A stretch of 64,000 bases of DNA from Camelus ferus (Eukaryota). The notes beneath the pieces are model-generated. The model worked only from the letters and a program-made list of their open reading frames with translations. It did not search any database and was not told the origin of the DNA. The position numbers and the translations under genes were made by a program. The DNA is taken from assembly GCF_009834535.1 (NCBI RefSeq), contig NC_045697.1, forward strand, positions 37,698,001 to 37,762,000. Reading direction: 5' to 3'. Of this stretch, positions 10,721 through 27,541 are shown one piece after another; position 1 is the stretch's first letter; the number at the start of each line of letters is the position of its first letter.

Positions 10721-13700
10721 GCGACTGCCCTAGAACAGCCAGCTCCTTCCTTTCTGAGCCCAGTAATTCCCAACACTGCTTGACCCTTCAGAGTTGACAG
10801 GGCATTTTCATGGACATCGTTGCATCTGCTCTTCAGAAAACTACAAAACAGGGCTTATTATTATTATTATTTCCTATCTGGAGATGAGGAAGCTAGGCCT
10901 TAGGGAGGAAAGGGCCAGAACAGGGATTCAAACTTAAGTCTTCAGACTCTGAAGCCCACGTGGGGTTGGCTTTGTTTGTTTTCACCTTATTCCACATGGA
11001 CTCCCTTGGACAAGCATCAGGAAGAGGAGGAAGAAGAGAGCAGTGGGTATGACTACGCAAGTCTTTATGAAGCACCGAGTGTGCGCCCAGCCCTGCTCTC
11101 ACCCACATGTGCACTGATGGTGCGGTGAGGGGGGGGGAGGGGGACCGTGGGCTGTGAGACAGACAAAGGGTGGAGAAAGGACAGCTTCACTTCAAGCAGT
11201 CTAATATGAGAGCCAAATTCAGGGACATCTAGCCAACAGGCCGTCTCAGGCATCAATCTACAGGGACCATTTAAATCATCACTAGCAATTAACCAAAATG
11301 AAAAAAAAAAAAAAAAAAGTTATGTGCCAGAACCTTTCTTTGGGAGAGAACTGAAAAGAAATCTTTGATAAGCTGCTTGGAGTGGGAGGTGAAACTCCCA
11401 GGAGAAATGGTGGAGCAACCGCAGATGGTCCCCAAACTGCCCTCCAAGAAAGATGAGTCCAATAAAGATGTGTTTTCTTGCAAGAAGCATGCAAACCTGG
11501 GGCTAGAGCTGATCCACAGGGGAAATTAGAGACGAAGCTAAGTCTAGACACTAGTGGGCCTTCCTCCTCACCCTTCCCCCACCTACCACTCAGCCTCTTC
11601 TCTAAATACATGCTGAACAAATATTTTCAAAATAGTTTAAAGGGGCAAAAAATCATGAGGTCGGCTCCCACTGTGATGTCTCTGTCCAGCTCTATTTATA
11701 ACACAATGAAACTGAAAATTATAAGGAGGAAGCAAGTGAGAGACTCCTTGGCTTTTCTCCTTGACGGGAAATGTGAAAGATGAGTGAACAAGTCCCCTGA
11801 GAGTCACCCCAGCCTCACCTCTTCCTCCCCAGGGAAGCAGGACCACAAGAGAGCATCAAAATGAAATGTGCCGTGTGCAGACACCTCGATCTTGCCTTTC
11901 ATTTAACCCAGATGATTAAAATGTGACCGTGGTCTCTTATTTTTATAAAAAGGGGGAAAGGAGGAGGGGGTTAAGTGGGGAAGTAGACATAAGGCTCTGA
12001 TTTCCATTTTATTTTTCAAATTATGGCTGGATAAAAGAGAAACTGGACTGGAAAGACCAATTCGAAAATCACAGACAGAAAATCAGAGCCAGGCCTGTGT
12101 TGGGAGGGTGGTGTCACATTTGTCCACGCTTCTGGGGATAAATGCTAGCAGCCCTGTTGCAGAGCCAGCCTCACACTTGGCACTTCCATTACACACGCAT
12201 GACTTCATCGACTCTCGGCACCATATGCAAAGCGCCCGAGTGAGCCAAGAGGCTGCCAGCTTGGGTCCTCACCCCACCTGGTCACAGAAAACCCAAGAAA
12301 CATAGCTCATGATCAAATGGCATTGCGATAAAGCAGAAGGCAATGGTGTTGTGGGAATCATTACCATGCTGGAAGGCCAGCTGAACTTGAACTAGGACTT
12401 TTTAAATGTGGGAGTGGAATGATGGGTTTTCATTTCATTACTTTTTCTCTTTGAGGCCTCCTCCATGGTATGGAGTTAGGTATCAGAGGAACTGGATTCA
12501 TCCTAGGGATGTGTATTTAACAGCTCACTTAATAGCTATCATTGATTGAGTCGTGTCTAGGTGCCAGACACTCAGAAATTCATTATACTATGTAATCCTC
12601 AAAGTACTCATTTTTGTACAACACCAGCATCCTGGCCTGGCTCATAGTGAAGATTTGTGCCAGGTCACAGCTGCAAAGAGCAGATTGGGAACCCAACCCA
12701 GTTCTCTTTAACTCTAAAATCTGGACCTTTAACCACAGTGTTGTATTCTCCCCGGGTAACTGATCTGAGCCTCATGTTTAACATCCACATCATAAAAGAT
12801 AACAGTTTCTACCTTGCCCAGTGCTGGCCACATCTGATAACACAAGGAAAAGTTCTTGGGAAAATGCTGAAAGTTCTTGACACAAACGGAATGGGCAGCT
12901 CACTAGTTGGCTTCTAACCGCTTGGAGCTTTCTCCTGTCTCATGACAGTGTCCCTGCTGTCCTCTCTGTGTGCCTCCATGAGCCCAACTCTCCAGGGTGA
13001 CTCCCACCTGCCACCCGGCAACCTGGCCAAGTGCTGGAGCCCTGTGCCCCTCCCTACAGCCCCAGCACACACGGCAGGGAGCGGCCAGGCTGGGCCCACG
13101 CTGTCAGGGGTCCGGTTGCAGGAGGAAAACACCCAAAGGGGTGGGAACAGCAACAAAGCAAAGTGAAGTAGTCCCAGGCTTAGTAAAAGGCAATTTTAAT
13201 ACCGTATTGTAGAAGCCAGTTCAACTCTCTCCTTATGCACAGGTGCTGGGAGAGAATAAAAGAAAGCTGCCTTTAGAAACCCCGCTACTTATCAGAAAAA
13301 CACTGCAATACATATGTTTTAAATAAGCCCAGAAGTTCCATTATGCAAATAAAATGCTGAAAATCAGACTTGGGAGGGGCTTCTAAAGATGCACTGTCCA
13401 GTCTAATTCAGGACGCATCCCCGTGGCATCCTGTATCCTAGCCAGAGAGGCAGAAGTGTGTTTTCATAGATGCAAAGAACTCTTCCTTCCTGAATCTTTC
13501 CTAAGCCATTTAATTCATATTAATAAAAGAGTACATGGGGATAATTTAAATACAGATGTCTTTGTAAAACTGGTCTCTTTTGCTGGAGATTAACAAACTG
13601 TGGCATTCCAGTTATTTGCAGCTGCAGGGCCTAGGATTCTGGAAGGAAGAGCTTCAGCAGCAATGTGGACCACAGATGGAGGGAGATTCACCTACCCAGA

Positions 13701-13763
13701 CCCTCTTCAAGGAGCACTTCTCAGGGTGAAGGTTAAATGTGCAAGGGAAATGCAGCAGCTTTA

Positions 13764-14039
<276 letters not shown>

Positions 14040-14789
14040 TCAGTCCTTCAAGAGCCTTTTCATGGAAAACAAAGGCCATGGGGGCTTCTTGTTTATGGGG
14101 AACGTGGCTTTCGTATCTGAAGGCAAAACTTTAAGATGACTTTAAAAATGGCTTGTCAAAAACAGAAGGGCACTTGAAAGGGACGTGTATATGAAAGGAT
14201 ATTAAAGGAACTAACAATAACCAAGATGGGTAAGGGGACCACAGAGAGAGATGGCTACAACGAACATGCGGAGCTGGGAAATCATTTCTTCACCAAGTCC
14301 TGTCGACAGAAGCCAGGTCCTTGAAAGGGCATGTCATCCAGTTTTAGCCTCTACACTCCAAGACAATGGGAAAACTGATGACAGTCTAAAGAAAAGCAAT
14401 AAATGTGCAGGGAAATGGGTCTTCCAAGAAAAGGCTGCACAACTTTAACATTATTTCATCAAGAGAAAGAAAGAAAGGGCAATTTGATGCCGTTAAATGT
14501 TTGGAAGGTTTATTGATAAAGACAGATTTGACCCATTGTCCCCCAGCTGGTCAAAAGCAGGAGGATATTGGTTTCTATTCACTGTAGTAAGAGGTGCTGA
14601 CTAGAGATTAAAAACTTCCTAATGCGAAAGGCTACAACTCTAAAATCCTCCAGTGGAAGTTATGGAAGCCTGGGATTTTACCAAGGAAAAAGCCACCTAT
14701 TTTGCAGGGTTCAAATGTATTTTTGCCTGAAGAATGTATTTAAAATTCCTTGAAATTCTGTCCACTGGAGATACCCGGTGTATCAACTA

Positions 14790-14825
14790 GGTTTTGGTTT
14801 TGGTTTTGGTTTTGGTTTTGGTTTT
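14790..14825 (+). repeat. (GGTTTT)6 tandem repeat
   Basis: Six perfect copies in intron 26. Confidence 0.95.
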
Positions 14826-15085
14826 TATGAATATGAGATACACTCTTCTAAAGTTAAAATACATCAATATTTTATCAAATGGATACATCAGTATGTATTT
14901 TTACTGGTTACCAAAATACACATTGGTAAAAATAAAAGTGATCAGCTCCCAGGTTTGAAGTAGGATCTCATCTCTCTAAAGGGGTAATTATAGCTTTTAG
15001 AGAAGCATTACTGCTCCGACTGGGAAGAATTGTAGCTCCCTGTGCAGTGGCTGAGAGGCTGGCGTGGTGGCTGTGAGAAGGTCTA

Positions 15086-15343
<258 letters not shown>

Positions 15344-15660
15344 CTAAAAAGTCCACTGTGATGGTAAATAGGGATATGAAAATGTGTAAGACACAGAGCC
15401 CTACACTTGGAGCATCAAGTGTGTCGAGAAAAGGAAACATTATAAATCAACATCCAATAAAAACTGACTGGCTGGTATAGATAAAGTGCTGTCATTTCAA
15501 GAAGGATGACTCTGTACTTGAGATTATCAAAGAAGACCTCAAGGGAGAAGTAAGACACAAACTGGGCCATGAAGGAGGTTTATATAACAGAGAGTCTTCT
15601 CAGCAGGGCAAATTTTTGTGAGCAAAGAAGGAGGATAGGAACATGCTTGTAAAGTCTTAC

Positions 15661-15760
15661 ATTTCTGGTGTGGTGTAATCAGGGGCTCTCATCCGAGTTC
15701 CTTCTTTCAATCGCCTACAAAATTCCTCATCAATCTTTACTCCAGGATATGGAGAAGCAC
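15661..15760 (-). CDS. KDR: KDR exon 25
   Basis: [33 protein letters not shown](M); 100 nt. Confidence 0.97.
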
Positions 15761-16027
15761 CTAGAATAAAACAGGAATGGGACATGACTGATTGGATTTT
15801 TCTCTTGCAGAAAGCCCTGAGCCTGATTCCTGAACACCTTCCTTCCCATACATACCTCTTTTCCTTCCTTTCTTTTTGCTTTTCTTTTCTTTCTTTCTTT
15901 CTTTTCTTTTTTTTTTTTTTTTTTTTTACATTTTACAACCCAAAGCCTCCAAGTAAGTTTCACCCAATAAAGGTGGAATACAGGCAAGGGAAAAAGCACA
16001 CTGGAGCCACAGACATTTATCATTCTA

Positions 16028-16177
<150 letters not shown>

Positions 16178-16215
16178 CTATGGGCGTAGGGAACAAGGGG
16201 TGAGAACCCAACTCA

Positions 16216-16509
<294 letters not shown>

Positions 16510-17463
16510 TCATGCTTTAAAAAAATAAAAAAACCCACATCAGAAAACCAACTGATTAACAAGCACTGGGTTAACATCTTTTATCAACACTTCAGGAAAA
16601 AAATCTGTGAGTTTCGTTGAGACACACATCTGTTTATTCCATAAACAGCCCACGACTCTGGAATTAAATAATTAAGTTATAGCCTGATGATGGAGTCATA
16701 AATAGACTTCTCTTGGACACAATTAAGAATGTGTTTCTGGTCACATCCACACATCCCTTTTGCCTGGCACCATATACGGTTAAAACGTGTTATCCTAAGG
16801 AGGCCCCAGAGTGGGATTTATTTTGAATGAATGCATGGAAATCAGAAGCAAGGGGCTTCCCTTGGTTTGGTGCCCTTTGTCGGTTTCTCCGTTCCATATG
16901 TAACTGAAGCTGGACCAGCTCTGAGAAACAGTTCCCAGGGGGTGCTCATCCTCTTTTCAAAGTGCTGGATTGTCAGAGATGTCGATTAAAGCACGTCCAG
17001 CCTCTCACCTGTCAAGTGAATTCTCTGGTGCACTACAAAGGGAAACCAAATTCTCCTTGGCTTTCCTTCTATTCTTGCCTGTTCCTCAGTTTCTCTCTTC
17101 TCTGTATCCCTTAACTTCTTCTTCTTATTTTTTTTTTATTTTTGTATCCCTTAATTTCATCTGACTTCCTACACCTGAAAGATTTATGAGAGCACAGGAG
17201 TCTAGGGGAACTTTTAGAAATGGTGAAAACTCAAGTCAGTGCAGGAGTGCTGAGCGAGCTAGGCATAGCAGATCCCCCGCCTCCAACTGCGCGTCTGTAT
17301 AGCACTGCCCTCTGAATGAGGCACGTTCAAAAGCACACTATCTGGCATGACTGAGCGCGACAGGAGCTTCCCCAAAGCACAGTCCTTTCTACTTTGCCCC
17401 CAACCAAAGAGCTTCCTTTTTCAAGCCAGCAACCAGGTGCTACTCAAGAAATCAGCTGGTAAA

Positions 17464-17515
17464 TAAGTTCATTTGTACCATTTTTTAAAGATTCTGCATA
17501 TAAGTGACATCATAT
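17464..17515 (-). mobile_element. Very short LINE-1 3'UTR fragment
   Basis: Reverse complement atatgatgtcacttatatgcagaatct...acaaatgaactta resembles the L1 3' pieces at 27560 and 33100. Confidence 0.55.
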
Positions 17516-18244
17516 GAGACTGGTGCCCTGAAATAAAAGCTGCACTTTCCCTTAACGACAGAAAAAGAAAAGAAAAGAGAAAAAAGAATCAGATAGTAGA
17601 TACAAGGGAAGTTACAGGATTGCCCCCCACCCCACCCCCTATTCCCCTTCCCATCAAAGGAACCCTGCCTAAATGGGAGACTCTGGCCCTAAAAAATAAT
17701 ATTAATAAAATAAAATTAGAATCTTCAAGAAGGGCCTTTCTCTTTGGGAAAATCCGATAAGATCCTACGTCTCTCCCTTCCTTTTGGGAGAGAGAAGACA
17801 AGCGCTCCCAGGCAGAAAAATCTGAGATCCTGAGACTCTGGAAGTTGTGAAAAGCTTTAAACCTCAGAAAAAGAAATGGGTAAGGGATTCAACTCATTTA
17901 GAAAAGAAACCAGAACTTTAAGTCTTTCTTCCCACAGCAGGCTGCAGCAAATGCCTTCTGTCAACTAACAATTTCTCCTGTAACTTAATTTGAATTTTGT
18001 CTGGTTTGATGTCAAACCATCCATTTTACTCTTTCCAGGGGGTGACCTGCTCCCTCCGCAGTGTTTACAACCTTTGGAATGTTTGTAACTTGTCACGTAC
18101 TCACCTCAGCCTTTGTTTGGCCCACTTTTCTAATTTTAGCCCTTTTAATCGCTCTCATCTAAAGCCTGTCCTTCCTGGTTTCTAATTATACAACTAACAA
18201 ATACTTTTTGATGGATGGAGATGAATGTAAAATAAATTAAAAGG

Positions 18245-18620
18245 AGACTCTCCTGTGCCAAGATATCTGCAAGGCTCCGTCCCTCACCTCTTCCAGGTCA
18301 TTACTCAAATGTCACATTCCCCTAAAGCCTTCCACGTCCACTTTGTTTAAAATTGACGTACGCAAACACAAAGACATACGAACATACAAACATACCACTC
18401 CTGTCTACTCTGTAACTCTTTCCTGCTTATTTTCCTCCACAGCGCTCACTCCCATCTACCCCACCAGGCATTGCACTTGCTCTATTGTTTGTTCCACCCA
18501 CTAGGATGTCAACTCCATGAAGGTGGAGAGTCTTGCCTACTTGTTCACACAGTATCCTTAGTGCTGAGAACACCGCCTGCCCTTGGGAGATGCTCAGTAA
18601 GTATTCATCACATGAATTAA
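18245..18620 (+). mobile_element. L2 (LINE-2) 3' end
   Basis: ctcaaatgtcac...ctaggatgtcaactccatgaagg...ttgttcac...tgctcagtaagtatt, a typical L2 terminus. Confidence 0.7.
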
Positions 18621-18741
18621 TTTCATGACATTCTAATACCCTCTTATTTAGCAGAAATGGGGCCTCCTCAGTAGCGCTCTTTTAATAGTCCCAGGAGTGG
18701 TGAATGAATTGCAGTCCCAAGCAAACGTCGATGGACATCTA

Positions 18742-18945
<204 letters not shown>

Positions 18946-20777
18946 CTAAGTGTGAGAGAGTAATCTTCATTTTAAAAATTGGGAGTCAAATTTCAGGAAG
19001 TAGAAGCACCCGGAAAATGTTTCTATCTCCTGTAAATATGCTGAATCCTGGTATATCCTTAGCCTTCATCAGACCCCTTAGCAAAAATACTGGTTTTTCC
19101 ATTTTTGCCAAATTGGATGAAAAAATCCAGGAGGCAAAATGGAGGCAAAATTGTCACAGACGACAGAGATGTAAAAGAGGGCTTTTCCAAATTTGCTTTT
19201 GTAAACTGTTTTTTTTTTTTCATGTATCCAGAGGGATAAACAATAGTTTCATATCAAGAACTCTAAAAATAAGACAACAATATTCAGGGTCATTGAACCT
19301 TTTCTCTCCAGGCTTTGTCCTGGAACAAAGGCGAAAGGTCAAACCATAATCTACAACGGATAACTAAAAATACCAGAAATATGTTTACTTCTCTCACTTT
19401 CAAGCTGAGAAAGTGCTGTAAGCACAGTAAATCTGGCCCGTAAGGATGCTGTTTCTCCTTCAAGGATATGAATGAGATGACAGGAACACAGAGCGAGAGA
19501 TGAATTTACGTAAATTCGTGGTATTTACTTCCGTGCAATTGGTACAAATAAACATTAAGACATTAATGGGTGTTTCAGATAAGATAAGACATGGCTTCAT
19601 TCCTGGAGACAAATACCAGAGTAAATGAAAACTCAGTTGTAAAATAACCTTGTATGTATTAAAAAAGTTTATGAACCTTTTTTTCAATGATTTTCTATGA
19701 TTAGGGTGGAGGGCTCTCGTGACTAATGAATGAAACCCCTTTATTTTCCAGATGAAGAAATGGAGGCAAAATCCCAGGTCAACACCCCCTCTACTCCAAT
19801 TGACTCCCTCACTCCCTTGGGTTTCCAGCTCAATGACTGCCATTTTGTGAGAGAGCAGATGGGGCAGAGCTGGCTCCACTCAGCGTGCGCCCAGTTATGT
19901 GAGGTCTACACAACCTCACCACGCTTTTTCAGACCAAGTTCCAGCCTCACACTGCCTGCTCAGCTTCTATGGGGGAGAAGTCAAATTCTAAGTTCTCTCT
20001 GTGGCCTTGTGTCAAAGGAAACCGAAGCGGATTTCTTCCAATATTTCATGGTTTTTCTTCTTTCGAGCTCACACTTCAAGAAGGGCCAGGTGTCAGGAAT
20101 CCCCACCGCTCCCTCCATGGCACCGTCACTGCTCCCTCTGCGGGAAGCAGATATGCAGTGTATCCTGAAGCTGGAAGAGGTCCTGAAAGTCAGGCTGCGA
20201 ACACAGCTCCCGTCATAAACAGCACTGAAGCATCAGGGGAAGCATAATGGGCTAAGGAAAAGTGGATTTACCAAGACTCCTCTGAAGAAGTGTGGAAGAC
20301 TTAATGAGCCACGTGGGGAGGGGCAGAAACAAAAGATGCCTGCGCTGCCCGGGAGACGGCTGGGTGTGACTACGTGGATGGCTTCTGTTGTGCTGGTGAA
20401 GCAGGCGGTGTGGGGCTGAACTTCCGTGGGCGACGGGGAGGCTGGCAACCACCAGTGAGCCTCCTCTGCCCGTCCGGAAGATGGCACTGAGCCTCTCTTG
20501 CTGATAAGTGCTGACCCAAAACTTGAAGAGCATTGGTTTGACAATGCCAACTGCTTAGCTCTCCTGAGGGACAGAAATTTCTCAGGCTGCCCGTGCTCTG
20601 CCTCTCAACCTGGCCTGCTGCTTCTGTCGGCCTTCCACCCTACAGCTCTGGGGAGGCTGAATGGAGGATTCTAGAAATTCAGGCCTCTTTTAAATATTAG
20701 GTAGTTGTGGACTTTTCTATGACAAAATTCCTCATAACACCCTGTCACCTTGTCTGTTCCCACAAGAGCACGCGCTA

Positions 20778-20957
<180 letters not shown>

Positions 20958-21492
20958 CTAAAATGAAGCAAATGAGCAAACTCCTTGAATATCAGAAAAA
21001 TCTCTAAAACGTAGTAAACTATACAAACAATTATAACTATTAAAAGAAGACAAGTGGGACATAAAGTTCAAGACCATGGAACCTCTGGGCTGAAATTTTG
21101 GGTAAGTGTTCTACGTAGTAGATTTTCTTCCCTAAAGCCTGGTTGCTTTTTAGCTTGAAGAGCTAAGGGCCTTGTTTCAAGTTTCACTCAGACACACTTC
21201 CAACATTAGGCCGCTTTTGAGAGAGGGATTAACACTCCATAGGGCCAAATATGGCCAGGGTAGAGACAGAACAACCCAGAGCTGTCCTTCCCCTGTCATT
21301 CCTGTCCCTTAATCACACCCACCTTCCCCCTCCTTAGGCATCATCCACAACGGGTCAGGAGATTAGAGTCACAAAGATAACACATGAGAAGTACATGTCC
21401 TCCAGAAGGGAAAAGAGGATGTGACAACAGCCAAGAGGTGATGTGAAAAGATTCCTCACAAGTTCTTCACAGAATTTTAATGAAAAAATTTA

Positions 21493-21690
<198 letters not shown>

Positions 21691-22230
21691 TCACTCATGT
21701 TTCTCATCAAGTGCTTAATACATCAATGAGCCAGAAAATAATCATAGAAGAGGCTACAACCTTTCCCTGGAAATAGGATCAGAGAAATCAGCTGGTTGCA
21801 ATTCCCTTCTGTTGTAGCTTTTCTTTTTCCAAAAGGTGATTCCACAACAAGATTAACCAACATTTCAGAAGAAAATCCACCCACTTGCTTTTCAACACAA
21901 TCCCCTAAGATGACTCCATTTTAGAGTGAACTACTCTTCAAGTCTTTTGCTTTCAACTTTAAGGGGAAGTTCTCTTTTCTCATCTGAACACCTATTCCAA
22001 AAGTAGACAACTGTATTATAGTGATGTAGCATTTTTTTTAATTCACAGGAAGTTCTAGAATAATTTACAGCACCCCTTAAACCTCCATGAAATATGCTTA
22101 TATCCAGGAATCTGCCAAAGTATCCTAAGGGAAGGGAATGAAGGCCATGGGAGTTGGGTGGTTTCCCTCAAATACTAACAGAGAAGTAGACGCCAAAACC
22201 AGGCAACCAGAACCATCCACAGACACTCAC

Positions 22231-22344
22231 CCCCTGGCTTAGTACAGGCACCGAGAAGATTGACCACATTGAGGTGGTGACCAATATGAATGAGGATCTT
22301 GAGTTCTGACATGAGGGCTCGATGTTCGCTGTGTGTTGCTCCTT
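22231..22344 (-). CDS. KDR: KDR exon 19 (kinase alphaC)
   Basis: [38 protein letters not shown]; 114 nt. Confidence 0.97.
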
Positions 22345-23675
22345 CTACAAATACAGAACAAAGAGGGAAATCACACATGTGGGCTTGACCTTAGCAGGAT
22401 AATGCCCCACTGCATGCATCTCTGCAACTTCCCCTCCAGGGGTAATACCACTGTAACCCAGTTTACAGACTAGGTACATTAAAACGCAAATATAAATTAT
22501 ACTTTCTAATTCTAAATCAGATTCTTACTCTAAGTGCCCCCAGAATGTCTGCTACTTGAAGCAAGCCATCGTGAGGTCTTTTACAAAGTGGAGAACACAT
22601 CTGCAGATGAAATCATGCCCAGATTTTCTTTTACAAAACCGGATTTTCTCATACCAGGTTGACTGTGCTTCTTAGCTCCTGATTATTTCAGTGCTTCCTC
22701 ATAAGCATGTATTATATTCCCTCACATGTTAGGGGCTCTGCTGAAGTTCCCACCAATCTAGGCTGAGCAGGAAACTTAACAAGGGCCAGCTGGCAAAGCC
22801 AGATGGCACATGAGGCTGATGAGGCTGAGTGTGAGTTTGATCCTGCACAGAGTGGTACACTTCCTTCTAATTCACAGACATGGTCCACACCCCAGGTTTT
22901 GATGAGCCACCTCAAAATTACATACCCCCCTCAGCCACAAGGGAGAGGAAGCAAAAGGAGAGAGATGGCTTCAAAAGGCACATGACTCCTGGCAAAGGGT
23001 CAGTAGCACTGTGTCCACCAATGAAAGCACGTCACAATTCTAGCCAAGAGCTTTATACGCATCACCTCCCCAGATTAAAATGGCAAGACCAGAATCCCAT
23101 TACTGTTAGGTTTAACAGTTGTTTATGCAACTTTTAATTTCAAAATGTCACCCATAATCTTTTTTTTCCCCAGCACAACCATTCTTAGTTTGCATATTAT
23201 CTTTTATATGTGACCCTCTTTTACATGTTCCAATTCTAGGGAACATGCTGGTTTTTGTGTGTGTGTGTGCTACTATTTTTACTTATTATATCAAATTTAT
23301 TTTTCTGTTTCCTGATGGTCTATAATTATCCTACTAATGTACCATAGTATGCTAAGAAACAATTTTGATGAAACCAAGGTATTTTTTTTTTCCTATAGCC
23401 AGGCCACTAAATACAGTTGTACAATCTGTGTCTTGCACAAGGGATCCCAGGCAAGGTGGGGCAGTAGAGGAGCTGAAATCCATTCTCAACTTTGCTTGCC
23501 AGGCTGTGGACCCTGGCATGAGGCTATAAAAGAGGAATTTTTTATCCAGTTTGCACAACAGCAACATACAGTGTGGCTGCATGCTTGGCTAGTGGGCCCA
23601 CCTAGCCACAGAGCCACTGACACAAACCTTTCATTATGTTTAGAGATGGGGTGAAACAGATAGAAGGATATATCA

Positions 23676-23840
<165 letters not shown>

Positions 23841-24101
23841 CTATTTCACCACCAAGGTGACAGGCAGAGATTCCAGCTTGACAGAGTGACATACATCCCA
23901 GTTTAACATGGACGGTCCAGCTGACACCCTTGTCCCGGCTGAATGATTTAATACCTCCCTCTTCACTCTCCAAAATGGGTGATTATACAGGGCTCCTACT
24001 TCTAAGTGACTAAATGGATAATCACTCAAAATCAAGAGATGGAATGAATATTTCTGAATCGGAATCTGACATTTAAATAGACTAGATTTGTCACCATCCT
24101 A

Positions 24102-24371
<270 letters not shown>

Positions 24372-24725
24372 TTATAGAAGCCCCATTCTTAATGTCTCAT
24401 TTTCTAAATGGCTCATGGAGTCTGAGAGTAGTCCTATTATAATCCTGCTTCCAGTGTCCCCTCAACCCCTAAATGAGCTCAGAATTAAATTCTTAAATCT
24501 TAATTACACTAGACAGTCCAAGCCCATTTCTTCTCTAGTTGCTTCTATCAATTAAAGCCCAGTGGTCCAAGCAAAAGAAAGTGGGCAAGAATGTTATTGT
24601 ATAGAAATAAAATTGTGCCTATTGAGCCAACAACAATGGGAAGAACCAACCCAAAGAACCCTAGTCAGCTTTCATTAATCATGAAAGCCAACGTGCATGG
24701 GACAGAAGGGAAACTATTTTGTTAC

Positions 24726-24832
24726 CCGCTTAACGGTCCGTAGAATGATGACAAGAAGTAGCCAGAAGAACATGGCAAGCACTGCAGTGCCCACTAGAAT
24801 AATGACTTCCAAGTTTGTCTTTTCCTGGGCAC
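24726..24832 (-). CDS. KDR: KDR exon 16 (transmembrane helix)
   Basis: [36 protein letters not shown]; 107 nt. Confidence 0.97.
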
Positions 24833-25299
24833 CTGGGAAGACACAATTGAATGAGCGTCAACAATGGAAATTTATACCCTTTGATACAGAATGACAAAGT
24901 TCAACACTAATGCAAGATCTCAATGTTACCAAGTGGGGAAAATCCTAGACAGTCAGTCACACACCTCTAACTTGGATGGAGTTTACAGTATTCTTAATGG
25001 ATAATTAAAGGTTTGCAAGACATTGCTCATGAAAACTTCCAACAATATATAATTCTAAAGTAATTAAGGAGAGAAATATTAATGTCTCAAAAGGACAAAC
25101 AGAAGGTGTTTGGGAGAAGAGCACACTTTGACAGAAAGAAAACAGATCACGTTCTATAAAGAAGAAAGAAAGTACTCTATTTGGGGTAAATAAATGTCTG
25201 ATTTTACACTGACAGTCTATGTTTTGATTTGTATGGAGTTTGAGGGAAGGATTAAGACAACAAGTAGGGAAATAAATGTAGTACTTTGGCCAGAAAGCA

Positions 25300-25490
25300 A
25301 TGGGTGACCAGGCACTCACTAGGTGCTCATTACTTCAAATATGTCACATTTAAATACATCACTTTGTTTTCTCAACAACCCTCATTTTTCAGGTGGAGAA
25401 GCAAGCTCAGAGAGGTTAAGCTACTTCATCAAGGGCACACAGCAAGTTGGTGGAATGGTCAAGAGTTAAACAAGGTCTGTCCAACACCAG
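25300..25490 (-). mobile_element. MIR SINE
   Basis: Core gctcagagaggttaagctactt..aagggcacacagc. Confidence 0.6.
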
Positions 25491-27116
25491 ATAACATTAC
25501 ACTGCACTGTCCTCATGTGGCAGGAACCTCGGGGAGGAAAGAGAGCTGACGTGAGTACATCCCACGTGCCCTGGCAATATGAGTTTAAAACCACTCAAGA
25601 AAGGAAAGAGAAGAGAAAAAGCTAGAGGTCAGCAGGGAAAGCTGCAGATGCTCAGGACCCCAGAGGACAGCTCTAAGTGGGAAAAATTAAGTCCAGAGGA
25701 GGCTTTCAACTAAGAGTGATTAGCAGAGCAGTGATAAAGAAGCAATGGCCACTTAAGGCCTCCCATCGGATGAGGGCGGTGTGAATCAAACCGGGGCCAC
25801 AAGCTGTGAGAGTGGCCCAGGCGGCCTCAAGAAGGCAGGAAGACAAGTAATTAGTTAGCAAAATAAGAGTGAACAGTTGAGAGACGAGCACCAAGTTTGC
25901 TTGGAAGTAGATTTCGTTTCTTGGGGGTATAACTGAAGTAATTCTCTATTTATACATAGAGATTTAAAAGTCCGTTTGTGCATAGTAAAAAAGTTCAAAG
26001 ATTCGACTGTCTATATAAGCTGGTGCATTAATATTCCCATATTAACATTTTTGAACCTAGCAGCATCATTAAATATTTACCTTTTACTTTCTTAGTATTC
26101 TCTTCTGGTGAGAAGTAAATAAAACGTCGGTGCCAAGGTTACCTAGTTAAGCCTCGGTCACCAGCTGCAGACAGCTAACGGAGCTGAGGCAGGGCACAGC
26201 GGGGAGCTGGAAGTCTCCCTCCGGATTTGCTCTAAAGCATGAAGCACTTTGAAAGTGACAAAACCACCATGTCACTTGAAATCTTTATTTACTTCATGCA
26301 TTTGAAATCTTTATTTGCAAGTGCAGCTGATGAAATGGAACTTGAAAAGAAGTCAAGGTATCGAGATGCAGTACTTGGCAACATAGATTTGACAGATTAA
26401 AGGGACTGAAATCTAGACTTTGAGAGACAAATTAGGATGAGTTCATAGAAATCCATCAGTTCCTCCATCCATCACCGCCCCTCTCACTCCCCTCCCTGCA
26501 TACCATTCCTTCACCCACACAATACTGTTTTCATTGTGCCTCTGGTAGGTTAGTTTAAAAAAAGACATAGGAATATACTTTTGAAGATAAAATATTCTGT
26601 CACAAATTACCTTTCCCATCTGAGAATATGTCAGGACTCTCACATCATTCTTGCATACACATTTAGATAAGAACCTCAAATTTTTCATTTTCAGAGAAGC
26701 AATGGTCTATTGTTCACAAATGAATCTTAAATTATCTTTAGTCCAACAAAAACTATGAACCCTTGTGACTCTCTGGATAGCACTGATTTTCATGACTAGG
26801 CAGTAATTCTACCTAATAGATATAGAGGCATAATTTCCACAACAAGTTAATTGAGCCGTTCAAATGGAGAACGAATCACTGAAAGGAGGGCATTCCACCT
26901 GCCTGGCTGAGAATTTTTCCACATTGAGAACTGCAGGGATAGAAATGTGATGCAAGCAGAATTAAAATAACATTAATCATGCTTTCTGGTTAAAATAATA
27001 TATACTTAAACTAGGAAATTTACAAAGAATATTAAAACCTGCCCATTTGGCTATGGTCCTGCCCAGCGTATACGAGTGTACGTAACATACATGCGAACTT
27101 TTTTAAAACCACTTTA

Positions 27117-27338
<222 letters not shown>

Positions 27339-27541
27339 TTAAAAATATAAATGATGTCCTTTATCTTGGGCTATTATCTAAATCCAAAGAGTCACAGAGG
27401 ATCAGCTGCTGACTTAGCACCCCTGGCTTCCATGAGAATTCAACAAGGCTCTGAATATTTGGATTCCCACCAAGTGAACCAGACCACGGACACTACGATG
27501 GCTTTTTTTCCCTACCTAAAACAAATTAAGAAATAATATGG

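Noticed and set aside
17298..17318. CTCF-like motif (minus strand cattcAGAGGGCAGTG)
   Set aside because: Only the 3' half of the core matches; it cannot be supported without a PWM scan or ChIP
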